This document shows, one piece after another, positions 1 through 9,864 of a DNA stretch of 50,579 bases. The stretch spans positions 1 through 50,579 of the forward strand of contig JALVJB010000197.1 of NCBI GenBank assembly GCA_027034115.1. Reading direction: 5' to 3'. The notes under the pieces are model-generated. The model was not told where the DNA came from. It saw only the letters and a program-made list of their open reading frames with translations, and made no database searches. Each line of letters opens with the position of its first letter. The first letter of the stretch is position 1. This DNA is from Acidilobaceae archaeon (lineage in GTDB: Archaea; Thermoproteota; Thermoprotei_A; Sulfolobales; Acidilobaceae). The position numbers and the translations under genes were made by a program.

Positions 1-156
1 GGCGTTGTAGCTAGCCTAGAGGCGAGCCTAGCCATACGCTATCTCTCAGGCGAACCGGTTGCCCCTAATGAGCTGATAATAATCGACGCTAGGACTCTAA
101 CGATAGATAAGATAAAGATCAACGCGGACTCGTGTGAGTGCCCCTCAAGGGCTTAG
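1..156 (+). CDS. 3' end of a probable ThiF/MoeB/E1-like family protein (partial, runs off window start)
   Basis: Frame 1 is open from base 1 to TAG at 154-156: GVVASLEASLAIRYLSGEPVAPNELIIIDARTLTIDKIKINADSCECPSRA. This resembles the ThiF/MoeB C-terminus (G..GSL.A.EA motif and terminal Cys cluster). Not in the ORF track. Confidence 0.6.
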   Translation, partial: GVVASLEASLAIRYLSGEPVAPNELIIIDARTLTIDKIKINADSCECPSRA

Positions 157-921
157 GAGAGTAGCCAGGCTCGGAGCTAGGAGTTGGCCTCCGTCTATAA
201 CGATCACCTCCCCCGTTATACTCTTGGCCTTATCGCTAGCGAGGAAAGCTACAAGTTCTCCTACCTCTATTGGGTCGACTAGGTCGCCTGTTAGGGTGAA
301 CTTTCTGGCGAACTCCTCGACAGGCAGGCCTGTGGCCCGGAAAAAGCTCAGCCCCATGTCTGTCTTAGCGAAGCCTACTGCTATGGCATTAACAGTTACC
401 CCTGTTCCAGCAACTTCCTGCGCCAGAGCCCGTGTGAACCCTATGACGCCAGCCTTCGCCGCACTATAGGCTGCTAGTCCCGCTAAACCCTTTAATCCCG
501 CTATGCTAGTTATGTTTATGATCCTACCCCACTTCTTCCCAATCATACCCGGTAGCGCTCTTCTACTACAGTAGAATACGCTGGAGAGGTTCACGGCTAT
601 ATGCCTCTCCCACAGCTCGTTGGTCATACTCTCAACTAGGCTTATGAGACCCCACCCAGCATTGTTGACGAGCACGTTAACTGTCCCGAATTCTTTCTCA
701 ATGCTAGTGAACATCCCGTCTACTTGGCCTGGCTGCGAGACATCGGCTTGAGATAAGACGCCGTCGGCTCCTCTGGCTCGGACCTGTTTCAAGGTTTCTA
801 GCGCGGCTTCCCGCCTTTTCCTATAATTTATAATAATAAAGAAATTATTTTCAGCTAGTTTAATAGCGATAGCCCGGCCTATTCCCCTACTAGCCCCGGT
901 GACAAGAGCAATCTTATCCAT
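145..921 (-). CDS. fabG: Short-chain dehydrogenase/reductase, FabG-like 3-oxoacyl reductase
   Basis: TGASRGIG Rossmann motif, NNAG, catalytic YSAAK, C-terminal ITGEVIVIDGG. Confidence 0.85.
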   Translation of the reverse strand: MDKIALVTGASRGIGRAIAIKLAENNFFIIINYRKRREAALETLKQVRARGADGVLSQADVSQPGQVDGMFTSIEKEFGTVNVLVNNAGWGLISLVESMTNELWERHIAVNLSSVFYCSRRALPGMIGKKWGRIINITSIAGLKGLAGLAAYSAAKAGVIGFTRALAQEVAGTGVTVNAIAVGFAKTDMGLSFFRATGLPVEEFARKFTLTGDLVDPIEVGELVAFLASDKAKSITGEVIVIDGGQLLAPSLATLLSP

Positions 922-1207
922 CCCTAGACCCCTCTATTTCTGTAACCTCTTGAGCTCCCTTCTCAAGCATCCCCTCGAGCTTCCTATCACACTTCTTCAA
1001 CAAGTAAAGGAATTCTCCCACGTGTTCTCTCTCCTCGTTGGCTACTTCGAGGAAAACCTTCTTTACGAGTGGATCTTCGATACTCCTAGCGAGTTGTTCG
1101 TACAATGTGATAGCGTCTAACTCGGCTATGAGAGCTAAGCGCAGGGCATCGCATACTTCGTCGGGCCCGAGAGGCTTCTCCAGGTCGAGAGGATTCTTGC
1201 CGAACAA
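914..1207 (-). CDS. Ferritin-like protein of the encapsulated ferritin (EncFtn/Flp) type, stand-alone
   Basis: LRLALIAELDAITLYEQ...EEREHVGEF half four-helix-bundle di-iron motifs (E-x-x-A-x-x-x-Y and E-E-x-x-H); overlaps the SDR start by 8 nt. Confidence 0.8.
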   Translation of the reverse strand: MFGKNPLDLEKPLGPDEVCDALRLALIAELDAITLYEQLARSIEDPLVKKVFLEVANEEREHVGEFLYLLKKCDRKLEGMLEKGAQEVTEIEGSRDG

Positions 1208-1267
1208 GACCGGAGAACACCAGGTAGGCTAGTATAGCAGAGTGAGACTATTGAAGGTTTTCCGGCG

Positions 1268-2053
1268 TTATTTTCCTATCGAGTTAATGCAGTGTATAAA
1301 GGCTTCTTCTAAGTTGGACGCATTAAATTCCTCGATAGCTCTGCGGAGGGGTCCCTCATAAACTATGACTCCCTTGTAGATGAAGCCTACATAGTCGGCG
1401 ATTAACTCTGCTTCTAAGAGGTTATGCGTCGTGACGAGAACAGTTCTGCCCTCCCGAGCTAGGCCGCGAATCAACCCTCTTATAGCGTGTTGAGAGAACA
1501 CGTCTAGGCCGCTAGTTGGCTCGTCTAATACAACGAGCTCGGGGTTATGCATAAGGCTAGTAGCTAATAGTAGTCGCCTCTTCATACCCTTGCTATAAGT
1601 GCCGGCTCTTCTGTGAAGCTCGGATGGGGACAGGCCACTGATGTCTACAGCCCTCTCAACAAGCCTTCTAGCCCTCCCAGGGTCGCCCTCCGCGTAAAGC
1701 TTAGCATAGAAGAGTATGTTCTCATAACCGGTTAACCGCTCGTAAGGGGAGGCATCTTCCGGGAGGTAGCCTGTTCTCCTTACTACTTCTCGCCAACAGG
1801 CATCATTCGGGTCGCACCCGAGAACTAGGACGCGCCCCCTATCTCGCTTGTAGACGCCCAAGAGGGTCCTTATTGTCGTCGTCTTACCGCTTCCATTGGG
1901 ACCGGCTAAGACGTAAACAGAGCCCTGAGGGACCCTCATATTAATGCCTCTCAGAACAGTATTACCCTTAAACGATTTCCACACTCCCTCGAGAAGAATA
2001 GCGGTACGGTCTCTCCGAGCGCTCTGCGAGTAGTCTTGCAATCTCTTGTCCAC
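1268..2053 (-). CDS. ABC transporter ATP-binding protein (ABC-2/multidrug type)
   Basis: Walker A GPNGSGKTT, signature YSKGMKRR, Walker B VVLDEPT, H-loop TTHN. Confidence 0.9.
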   Translation of the reverse strand: MDKRLQDYSQSARRDRTAILLEGVWKSFKGNTVLRGINMRVPQGSVYVLAGPNGSGKTTTIRTLLGVYKRDRGRVLVLGCDPNDACWREVVRRTGYLPEDASPYERLTGYENILFYAKLYAEGDPGRARRLVERAVDISGLSPSELHRRAGTYSKGMKRRLLLATSLMHNPELVVLDEPTSGLDVFSQHAIRGLIRGLAREGRTVLVTTHNLLEAELIADYVGFIYKGVIVYEGPLRRAIEEFNASNLEEAFIHCINSIGK

Positions 2054-2174
2054 AGGTAAAGCAGGGCCAGATTCAAGGTATAAACACGTTTTACCGTCCC
2101 TGCTCCTAGAGTTTCAAAGCAGACAGGGTAGGGGAGTAATCGAATAACGACAATAACGGGGGAGGGCCGCCGGG

Positions 2175-2807
2175 ATGCCTCTCACAGAATTCATAGCAAA
2201 GTATGGCGAGAAAGGATACATTGTGCTAAAAGCAATACTCGAGGCATCTCGGCGAGCCCGGATCAGGAGCCTTGGAGACTTCTCCCTCCAGGACGTGAAG
2301 AAGGCGCTAGCGGAAAGAGGCATTAACTACAACCCTTCACTGCTATTATCTAAGCTAGAGCGAGAATACGGCGTTATCGAGACTTCTTACAGATCTTCAG
2401 GGCAGAGATGGTGGAGGATTATTGATAGGAGTGAGATAGAAGAGGCCGTCAGGGAGTGGGAGGGAGAGCCGGAGTCGGATCGCGAAGATCCGAGGCTAAG
2501 GTTACTAAGGATTCAATTTTATAGTATTAATCCGCACGGGATACTAGAGGTACTAGTAAGGCTATCCCGGAGGAGAAGGCTAACACGCCAGGAAGCGGAA
2601 AAGCTGAGAAGGATAGCCTTCCAAGACCTACCGCTACTCGTGGAATTTCTCGAGAAAGCCTCCGCAGAATACCCGGATGAATTAGTCGATGAAATAGCGC
2701 TGGCAGAGTCGATACTGGAATTAGCCGAAGAGCTGACTGTAGCGCGCGGAGGCAGGGGAGAGAGCTTAGAGCTTGCCCTTAGAAACCGCGTAAGAGAGCC
2801 TCTCTAG
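2175..2807 (+). CDS. Conserved hypothetical protein, possible N-terminal winged helix
   Basis: 210-aa ORF divergent from the ABC gene, upstream TATA-like site; helix-turn-helix plus wing-like pattern (LLSKLEREYGVIETSY...RWWRI). Confidence 0.65.
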   Translation: MPLTEFIAKYGEKGYIVLKAILEASRRARIRSLGDFSLQDVKKALAERGINYNPSLLLSKLEREYGVIETSYRSSGQRWWRIIDRSEIEEAVREWEGEPESDREDPRLRLLRIQFYSINPHGILEVLVRLSRRRRLTRQEAEKLRRIAFQDLPLLVEFLEKASAEYPDELVDEIALAESILELAEELTVARGGRGESLELALRNRVREPL

Positions 2808-3539
2808 CATGGCCTGGAAAGCCTTTTGTAAAATAACTCTATTATTATAAGAATTAATGATGGATTGGAGCTCGCTCTTAGCGGCCCCCCTTAAGCTACC
2901 AGCTATCTCGGCCATGTTCTCGGTAGCACGGATCGCCTCATCCACAATAGTTATCGTAGCCTTCTGAGCAGTCCTGCTAAACGGGTTAAGATCTATCGCA
3001 GCCACAGGCTTACCCCAGCTTACCAGGGCCTCGGTTCTATCTCCGTCCTCGATTGCCAGAAGGACGAAGTCGCTCGAAGCGATACCCTCGGCACAGACTA
3101 TTCCACGGGCGCTCTCAAGCCCGGGCACTCGAGTTTTCTCGCAGTCCGGGGAGAGCAGGTTTGGGACTCCGGCTTCTCGCAGGTACCCATAGATTTTCCT
3201 AACCCGTTCCTCGGTCCGGTAAAATAGGTTCACCTCGACAACCGCGCCAGTCGCCTCTGCAAGCCTCGCGATTCCTTCCGCGGCTAGGGCAGCGTAATTC
3301 CCGTTCACAGAAATCACCGGCCTCTCCGCTAACAGCATCCAAGCTACACTAGCCTTCTCGGCAGCAAGCGCGAAATCATGGGTTTTTTCTCCGAGAATAT
3401 AGTCGAATGCCTCACCACGCCCATGAGCTATCAGCCCCTGAGGGACAACTAGTCCTTTCTCGAACCCCTCAACGAGCTTCTCCCTGACGAGTAGGGACCT
3501 ATATCTTGGATGACTCCTCGGTATATCGATTCGAGTCAT
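2766..3539 (-). CDS. Phosphopantothenate synthetase (4-phosphopantoate--beta-alanine ligase, PPS)
   Basis: IPRSHPRYRSLLVRE, GLIAHGRGEAFDY, ISVNGN, EDGDR, IDLNPFSRT motifs; start moved to ATG 3539, just after the PoK stop. Confidence 0.92.
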   Translation of the reverse strand: MTRIDIPRSHPRYRSLLVREKLVEGFEKGLVVPQGLIAHGRGEAFDYILGEKTHDFALAAEKASVAWMLLAERPVISVNGNYAALAAEGIARLAEATGAVVEVNLFYRTEERVRKIYGYLREAGVPNLLSPDCEKTRVPGLESARGIVCAEGIASSDFVLLAIEDGDRTEALVSWGKPVAAIDLNPFSRTAQKATITIVDEAIRATENMAEIAGSLRGAAKSELQSIINSYNNRVILQKAFQAMLERLSYAVSKGKL

Positions 3540-3541
3540 AT

Positions 3542-4375
3542 TCACGCCCACCAGACCCTCGGTGGACCACTGCTCGCCTCTAATAGCCTTGGCCTTACGC
3601 CCCATTCTTCTAGCACTTCAACTGCGTCGCCCAATCGATCCCTTTCAACTAGGAAAACTACAACTTTTTTCTTACCGTAGACAGCTATTTTCCCAGGTAT
3701 CCGCGGGAGCTCTCTACCCCCTAGTGCAGCGTAGAGCATGCCGCTCTCTTTCGAGAACAGCTCGGAGTAGTAAGCGAACGATTCAAAAGTAGGCTCGTCG
3801 AAGATTTTATCTAGGTATTTCTCAGCTTTCTCTAGGAAGCTCGAGTTTAGATCGGAGAGCATCCGAGACGTGTGCATTCTACCGGTCTCCACGGAAAGAA
3901 TGGAAACAGTCCCGGGTAGCTGAATGCAGTCAGCACTTCCAACCCCAGGAGCCCCGGGACGCCTTCGGAGCACTACGCCTACCCCGCAGGATATTGCTAG
4001 CACGTCCCCGAGCCCGGTTCCTTCGAGGATCTCGGCCACGTGAGCAGTTAGGTATGCTTCTCTCACGGCTCTACGGCCAGAGGTCAACGCTAAGGCCGCT
4101 GAGATGGCGCTCGCTGCGCTAACCGCGTAGCCCGAGCCCGGTGGGAGGGGGGTGTTTGCTTGGATGGAAGCGTGGTCAATCCCGAGCAGCCTAATAACTC
4201 GATGTATAGTCGATATTCTATGGTTCCTGGAGGGTCCCGTGCACACTGTTAGGCGTGGCTCTACTGCTAGGCCCACACCGATAGATCCCGTTTCTTCTAG
4301 TGTTCGACCCTTGACTGGTAGGAATATTGAAGTTATATGGTGGGGAGCGTCTGCGCAGGCTACTCCCGGCCTCAC
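3542..4375 (-). CDS. Pantoate kinase (PoK, GHMP kinase family)
   Basis: APHHITSIF, GSIGVG, GHMP loop PPGSGYAVSAA, AHVAEILEGTGLGDV; adjacent to PPS. Confidence 0.88.
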   Translation of the reverse strand: MRPGVACADAPHHITSIFLPVKGRTLEETGSIGVGLAVEPRLTVCTGPSRNHRISTIHRVIRLLGIDHASIQANTPLPPGSGYAVSAASAISAALALTSGRRAVREAYLTAHVAEILEGTGLGDVLAISCGVGVVLRRRPGAPGVGSADCIQLPGTVSILSVETGRMHTSRMLSDLNSSFLEKAEKYLDKIFDEPTFESFAYYSELFSKESGMLYAALGGRELPRIPGKIAVYGKKKVVVFLVERDRLGDAVEVLEEWGVRPRLLEASSGPPRVWWA

Positions 4376-4377
4376 TC

Positions 4378-5214
4378 TTAGCCCCTGGCCTCATAGACTA
4401 TATCAAGAGGGGGCGTCGGAGGTGGTTGCCTCTTATGCTCGCTCCTCTTATGGAGATCGAGAACTCTCTTCACAACTTCCTCTGGAACACCCGTTGCTTC
4501 TGGGACCTCTTCTGGCGGTATTTTGAGGTCAAATAGTGAGTATAGCACTAGGTCTACTTGCTCGTAGCTTACCCCTAGCTCGCCCTCAGCGGTCTGGCCG
4601 GGCCATAAGCGGGGGCTACTGGGTTTGAACGCTATTTTCTCAGGAACTCCCAAGTGTACGGCGAGCCTTCTAACCTGGTTCTTGTATAGTATGCCGATGG
4701 GGAGTAGGTCTACGCCTCCATCGCCATACTTTGTGAAGTAGCCAATGAGTATCTCGCTTCTATCCCCTGTTCCTAGGACTAGGCGGTTGAGCTTGTTAGC
4801 ATAATAGTAGAGTAGGGTCATCCTGATCCTAGCCCTCGTGTTTCCCAGAGGGATCTTGTCTACCTCGTCGTTCTCGTAGATGGGTATCGCCGACTTGTAT
4901 ACGGCCACAATTGGGGCTATGTTTATCACGTGTGGTTTAAGACCGAATAGTTCTACGAGTTCCTTAGCGTCTCTTACATCCTCTTCCGGGGTCACCTCGG
5001 AGTCCGGCATGATTAATGGGAGAACTTTCTCCTTCCCTACATGTTTAACTGCGAGAGCAAATGTGGTGGCTGAGTCTACTCCGCCACTGATTCCTACTAC
5101 GAAGCCTTCTGCACCAGCTTCTTCTAGCTTTGAGACAAGGAACTCTCCGATTCTATTCGATATTTTCTCATAGTCTAAGTTAACTATCTCATCTAACGTT
5201 ACTTTCCTCGTCAT
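4378..5214 (-). CDS. nadE: NH3-dependent NAD+ synthetase
   Basis: GISGGVDS PP-loop, GNTRARIRM, GTGDRSE..GYFTKYGDG, PSSPRLWPGQTAEGELG; likely start ATG 5214. Confidence 0.95.
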   Translation of the reverse strand: MTRKVTLDEIVNLDYEKISNRIGEFLVSKLEEAGAEGFVVGISGGVDSATTFALAVKHVGKEKVLPLIMPDSEVTPEEDVRDAKELVELFGLKPHVINIAPIVAVYKSAIPIYENDEVDKIPLGNTRARIRMTLLYYYANKLNRLVLGTGDRSEILIGYFTKYGDGGVDLLPIGILYKNQVRRLAVHLGVPEKIAFKPSSPRLWPGQTAEGELGVSYEQVDLVLYSLFDLKIPPEEVPEATGVPEEVVKRVLDLHKRSEHKRQPPPTPPLDIVYEARG

Positions 5215-6466
5215 CGTCAACAGCCTCCATATTCTTAACACTCAAGTCCAAGATTAATCTAGCGAGCGACTCTTTATCAATCTTACCGAGGAAACTTTTC
5301 CTGGTAGCGCCCCTATCTCTCCATATAACTAGAGCCTCTAGGTAAGGTGAGGAGAAGCCTACATCTCTAGTTCCAACCCTATTCGCGATTACTGCATCGG
5401 CCCTATACTTTTTCATCTTCTCGACAGCGTAGTCCTCTAGTTCCTCCAGGCTTTCCGCGGTTTCGGCAGCAAATACTACTAGGTACTTGCTAGCGCTTCT
5501 CAAGGCTTCGGCAACTTTAGGCGTCGGCTCTAGGGTCAGGCTAAGATTCTTCAAGCCGCTCCTAATCTTCGACTTGCTAGTATTAATTGGCCGGTAATCC
5601 GCAGGAGCTGCAGCAGCTAGCGCTATATCATAGTGCTTCTCACCTGCTAATCTAGCGACAGTTTCAGCCATATCTTCAGTGGTTTCGGCGGGGAACAAAT
5701 TGACCATGTGAGGTAGAATATGCTCGACATGACCGTAAACAAGGTCTACTTCGGCGCCACGGGCCCAGGCCTCGATGGCTAGCTCTATTCCCATTCTGCC
5801 GCTACTGGGATTGGAGATAAAACGGGTGGGATCTATCCATTCTCGAGTAGCTCCAGCAGTTACGAGTACTCGTTTGCCTTTCAGGTCTGCTTTCCTGGAA
5901 GAGGTTGCTGCAGTCACACGAGCTACTACCCACGGGTCCGGGTATTTTGCTATCCCTTCTTCAACGCGCGGAGGTATTATTATGGCCTGGCCGCTTAGTA
6001 TTTCAATGGCTCTCTCGTACCCTCTCGTCTTCATCATGTTTTGATGCATTGCCGGGACAATTATGAGTGGTTTACCCTCGCCTAGTATGGCAGAGGCAGT
6101 TAGCGCGACAGGATTATCTGTTACCCCATAGGCTATCTTAGATATCGTTGATAGCGTAGCAGGGGCAACCAGCATAGCGTCGCAGTCCTCTGCGAGCACA
6201 ATATGCTCTACGTTCCCTGTAAGCCTTGCAATCGGATCCTCGCCCGTAGCCCAGTGGAATAGGCCGGGTGTCACGAATTCTAGGGCTCCCTCCGTTAGTA
6301 TAGGAACTACTCGCGCCCCCCTACGCATAAGCCACCGGGCAACGTCAACGGATCTATAGACTGATACGCTTCCAGTGAGCCCTAGAACTATGCACCTGCC
6401 GGCTAGGTAATCGTTTACGGAGCCAATTATCTTCCTTGAAGGGTGACTCTCGACCCGCTTCGCCAC
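5189..6466 (-). CDS. coaBC: Bifunctional phosphopantothenoylcysteine decarboxylase/synthase
   Basis: GLTGSVS, APAT..T, PAMHQNM, VTAGATREWIDPTRFISNPSSGRMG, AAAPADY, FAAET. Confidence 0.95.
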   Translation of the reverse strand: MAKRVESHPSRKIIGSVNDYLAGRCIVLGLTGSVSVYRSVDVARWLMRRGARVVPILTEGALEFVTPGLFHWATGEDPIARLTGNVEHIVLAEDCDAMLVAPATLSTISKIAYGVTDNPVALTASAILGEGKPLIIVPAMHQNMMKTRGYERAIEILSGQAIIIPPRVEEGIAKYPDPWVVARVTAATSSRKADLKGKRVLVTAGATREWIDPTRFISNPSSGRMGIELAIEAWARGAEVDLVYGHVEHILPHMVNLFPAETTEDMAETVARLAGEKHYDIALAAAAPADYRPINTSKSKIRSGLKNLSLTLEPTPKVAEALRSASKYLVVFAAETAESLEELEDYAVEKMKKYRADAVIANRVGTRDVGFSSPYLEALVIWRDRGATRKSFLGKIDKESLARLILDLSVKNMEAVDDDEESNVR

Positions 6467-6558
6467 CGTGTAAGTACCCCTCTCTCCCGGAGTCCACTCG
6501 GTAATTTACGATATTAGCCTTAAATCGCAATATCACTAGGCAATATGGGGGCACGGCG

Positions 6559-7116
6559 TTGCAAACGATCCATGGAACGAGTGGCACTAGATCATTCACT
6601 ATTAGAAGGGCCACTAAGGAGGATATTCCAGCAGTTATGTCCGTTAATTTAAGGAGCCTCCCAGAGAATTACTGGTACGGCTTCTACGAGTATATACTCT
6701 TGAACTGGCCCGAATCCTTCCTAGTAGCAGAGGTTGATGGTACTATTGTCGGTTATGCTATGTCTCGCGTTGAGGATACTGGGGACCCCCTTCTCCTAGG
6801 CCTAGTCGATGATAAAGGTAATCCTCTAGCGAGGAGTTGGCAAGAGCCTAGGAAGGCCGGTCACCTTGTCTCTATCGCTGTTCTCCGGGAGTATAGGGGG
6901 AGGGGGATCGGGTCCTCCCTCCTAGCTGAGACTATCCGGGTAATGAGGGATAACTACAGGGTGGAGTCGGTTTTCCTCGAGGTGAGAGTCTCTAACACGC
7001 CTGCCATTAGCCTCTATAGGAAGTTTGGGTTCCGGGTGGTCCGGAGGATCCCCCATTACTATAGGGATGGGGAAGACGCCTATGTGATGGTTCTACGGTT
7101 AAAGCCTACCAGTTAA
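6559..7116 (+). CDS. rimI: N-terminal acetyltransferase Ard1/RimI (GNAT)
   Basis: LPENY, GHLVSIAV..YRGRGIG, LEVRVSN, YYRDGEDAY. Confidence 0.9.
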   Translation: MQTIHGTSGTRSFTIRRATKEDIPAVMSVNLRSLPENYWYGFYEYILLNWPESFLVAEVDGTIVGYAMSRVEDTGDPLLLGLVDDKGNPLARSWQEPRKAGHLVSIAVLREYRGRGIGSSLLAETIRVMRDNYRVESVFLEVRVSNTPAISLYRKFGFRVVRRIPHYYRDGEDAYVMVLRLKPTS

Positions 7117-8479
7117 TGTTGAGCTTAGCCTTATACTCCTTGTACAATGCCTCCACTTTGGCGACCCACGAGGATAGTTCGTCGGGATTCTCGGGGTAGG
7201 CCCTGTAGAGTTCCTTGACCCTCTTCATGTACCTTGAAACCGTTATGAGCTCTTGGAGCATTGAGGGCCTACCGAGAAGTTTGACGAGTAGCTTCGCCTT
7301 ATCTAGCACTGAGAGGTTAGCTTTGAGGTCGCCAGTTACACTGGTCTCATAGGCGTCTTCAGCTCTCATGACGCCATTACGGAGCCCCCACTCTATCTCC
7401 TCGTTAGATAGTTCCTGGAGGTACATGCGGAAAATGTCCAGGCTGGCTTGTTTAGCCCCCAGGCCTCTCATATAGGCAATGTTCAAGCTCCATAATGGGC
7501 CGTGCCTTGTAAAGTCTCCTTCCTCGAAAGCGTCAACTATAGCCTTACTCGCATGGTACGCGGCATGCATCGCATAACCCATTCCACCACCGTGTACAGG
7601 GTTAACAGTGTAGCCGTTATCGCCTATTCCCAGGAAGTTATCCCAGACGAGGGTATTCGCAGGCCTCCTTGTGGGAACCGCTGCTCCAGCATCGGCGTAG
7701 ACCTCTACCTGGCCACCCACATCGGGTCTTTTCATAAGCTTCTTCTCGTATATCTCCTTAGGGTGAGGGTAGCCTCTCCCACCCTGTACGCCTAGCCCGA
7801 TGTTTGCGACGTACTCGCTCTTAGGGAAGAGCCACCAGTATCCTCCCGGCGCTATCTCCTGGTTCACGTAGATCCGAATGTACGAGGGGTCCTCGACAGG
7901 GTCTTTCAATCGGACGATCCGGCGATAAGCTACATTCATATCGACGGGCTTGAGGGGTTCATTAACGGGCCACTCCTTGGGAAGCCTCCTGCGGATTACT
8001 CCGCTCGTGCCAGTGGCGTCGACTATGACCTTACCCGTAAATATTACTTCTTCACCTTCTTTTTTCGCTGCTACTCCTATGAGCCTACCGTTTTCGAGAA
8101 CGGGCTTGTAGACGTAGGTCTTTAAGTGTATGCTGACTCCGGCCTTCTCCGCCTCCTCTACGAGACGTCTACCATAAGCGTTCCTGTTTATCATGAATCC
8201 CTTCCCGTTAACCCTAAGCCTTACTTCCTCGCTGGGGCTGTAGACGTCTATCCCCTCTACTCTATTCGCGAGGGCGTCTCCCTCCGGTAAGGGCATATGA
8301 TTCTCGTGGAAGTGGTGTTCTCCGATAGCATCGCCGCAAGGTTTACCCCATAGCCCGTTCCAATCCACAATGTCGAGCCCCGCTACATGTAAACCGGTTT
8401 TTCTCAAGTGATAGGCGAGAGAGGAGCCAGCAGGCCCTAGACCAACTATAACTACATCGTATTCTAGTCTTCTAACCAT
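7106..8479 (-). CDS. Digeranylgeranylglycerophospholipid reductase (geranylgeranyl reductase family)
   Basis: GLGPAG FAD motif, KPCGDA, PGGYWWLFPK, GDN...NPVHGGG; likely start ATG 8479. Confidence 0.9.
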   Translation of the reverse strand: MVRRLEYDVVIVGLGPAGSSLAYHLRKTGLHVAGLDIVDWNGLWGKPCGDAIGEHHFHENHMPLPEGDALANRVEGIDVYSPSEEVRLRVNGKGFMINRNAYGRRLVEEAEKAGVSIHLKTYVYKPVLENGRLIGVAAKKEGEEVIFTGKVIVDATGTSGVIRRRLPKEWPVNEPLKPVDMNVAYRRIVRLKDPVEDPSYIRIYVNQEIAPGGYWWLFPKSEYVANIGLGVQGGRGYPHPKEIYEKKLMKRPDVGGQVEVYADAGAAVPTRRPANTLVWDNFLGIGDNGYTVNPVHGGGMGYAMHAAYHASKAIVDAFEEGDFTRHGPLWSLNIAYMRGLGAKQASLDIFRMYLQELSNEEIEWGLRNGVMRAEDAYETSVTGDLKANLSVLDKAKLLVKLLGRPSMLQELITVSRYMKRVKELYRAYPENPDELSSWVAKVEALYKEYKAKLNINW

Positions 8480-8605
8480 TTGTATCCCCCAGTCCAAGAC
8501 TAGCGGAGACCTCGTTGAGCGGAAATAAATCTAGACTAGGTACTGGCCTCCAAATGAAAATAAACCCTTAACACCAACTACTATGGTTTAGCGGAGGTGA
8601 GGGAA

Positions 8606-9145
8606 ATGAGCTGGTTCAGAAGGAAGAGGAGGGATATATTCGATGATATATTCGAGGACATATTTGAAGAATTCGAAAGAATACAGGACATGTTCCGCTC
8701 ACTAATACGAGAGTCCTTCGAAAAAGAATTCGAAAAGCTCGGAGCTGAGGGTAAGCCAATCGTATACGGTGTTAGAATAACAATCGGGCCGGACGGAGTG
8801 CCTAGAGTAGAAGAGTTCGGTAACGTAAAGATGTCAAAGGTAGGAAAGCCCATAGTCCGGGAGGAAATGGAGCCACTAGTAGATGTTATGGATGTAGGCG
8901 ATGAGATCTGGGTTATCGCTGAGTTGCCGGGCGTATCGAAGGAGAAGATTAAAGTAAAAGCAACCGAGAGTAAAGTCACGATAAAGGCGGAGAACGATAG
9001 GAAATACTATAAAGAGATAGAGCTCCCAGCTGAGGTCGACCCAGATACGGCTAAGGCGTCATACCGCAATGGCGTCCTGGAGATAAAGCTGAAGAAGAAA
9101 GCTTCCAGCAAGGAAGAGGAGGGTAAAGAGATCAAGGTAGAGTAG
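8606..9145 (+). CDS. hsp20: Archaeal small heat-shock protein Hsp20
   Basis: YGVRITIGPDG.P...EFGNV, EPLVDV, AELPGV, ASYRNGVLEI; GGAGGTGA ribosome-binding site before ATG 8606. Confidence 0.93.
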   Translation: MSWFRRKRRDIFDDIFEDIFEEFERIQDMFRSLIRESFEKEFEKLGAEGKPIVYGVRITIGPDGVPRVEEFGNVKMSKVGKPIVREEMEPLVDVMDVGDEIWVIAELPGVSKEKIKVKATESKVTIKAENDRKYYKEIELPAEVDPDTAKASYRNGVLEIKLKKKASSKEEEGKEIKVE

Positions 9146-9147
9146 CC

Positions 9148-9768
9148 TTAAAGCCTGGCTGCCAGCCACTCCGGTTTTTTACTCAAGCAGTAATCGTCAA
9201 GGTCAAGCTCCTCGACGTTTTCCCCTATTACTCTACTAGCCCCCTCATAATCACATATGATGAGTGTAAAGCTCCTCTTACCGTCAATCGCCTCCTCGAG
9301 CCACTTACGGTTCTCCTCGCACCCCTTATCCTCCCTACCCCTACATGCAACATTCAACGCCTCAAGAAAACGGTGCAGGACCCCCTCAACGGTACTAATG
9401 AAGCCTGTACTGGCAGGGCCAGGAATCATCTCGTAGCCCTTCTCAGGGATGGCGAGGTAGGCATAAGCGCTCTTCACGAGCAAATATCGGAGCTCCTTCT
9501 CTCCCTTCACCCTAACCACAATTTTCTTCGGCTTCGTAGTCTCGGCTAGCCTAACGTCACGATAGGTATAGCCGCATTTAGAGCATTTCCCCGTTGAGAT
9601 GAGTATTCGGCCGAAGAAGGGTACCTCGTAAAGGTACTCTCGCAGGTTTAGAGCCTTAGCCCCGCATACGGGGCAAGTAACGATTCCCTCGTAGAGCAGG
9701 ATTGGCTCCTTAATCTCGCCAAAACTCTCTCTAAGCTCTCTTTCTATACCTTCCAAGCCCTCCCTCAT
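9148..9768 (-). CDS. ZPR1 zinc-finger domain protein
   Basis: CPVCG, YEVPFFG, CSKCGY, PGPASTGFISTVEG motifs; likely start ATG 9768. Confidence 0.88.
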   Translation of the reverse strand: MREGLEGIERELRESFGEIKEPILLYEGIVTCPVCGAKALNLREYLYEVPFFGRILISTGKCSKCGYTYRDVRLAETTKPKKIVVRVKGEKELRYLLVKSAYAYLAIPEKGYEMIPGPASTGFISTVEGVLHRFLEALNVACRGREDKGCEENRKWLEEAIDGKRSFTLIICDYEGASRVIGENVEELDLDDYCLSKKPEWLAARL

Positions 9769-9864
9769 ATTAAAACCCCTAATTCCATCTATGGGCTGAT
9801 TTGATTTATATTCCACGGAAACCGGTTCCTTCGTAGAGGTCGCCTCCCGGGGGACGCTTCTGGG

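Noticed and set aside
9770..9830. ORB-like TTCCACGGAAAC in the ZPR1/RHH divergent promoter
   Set aside because: Single imperfect match, no AT-rich unwinding element, no initiator gene nearby.
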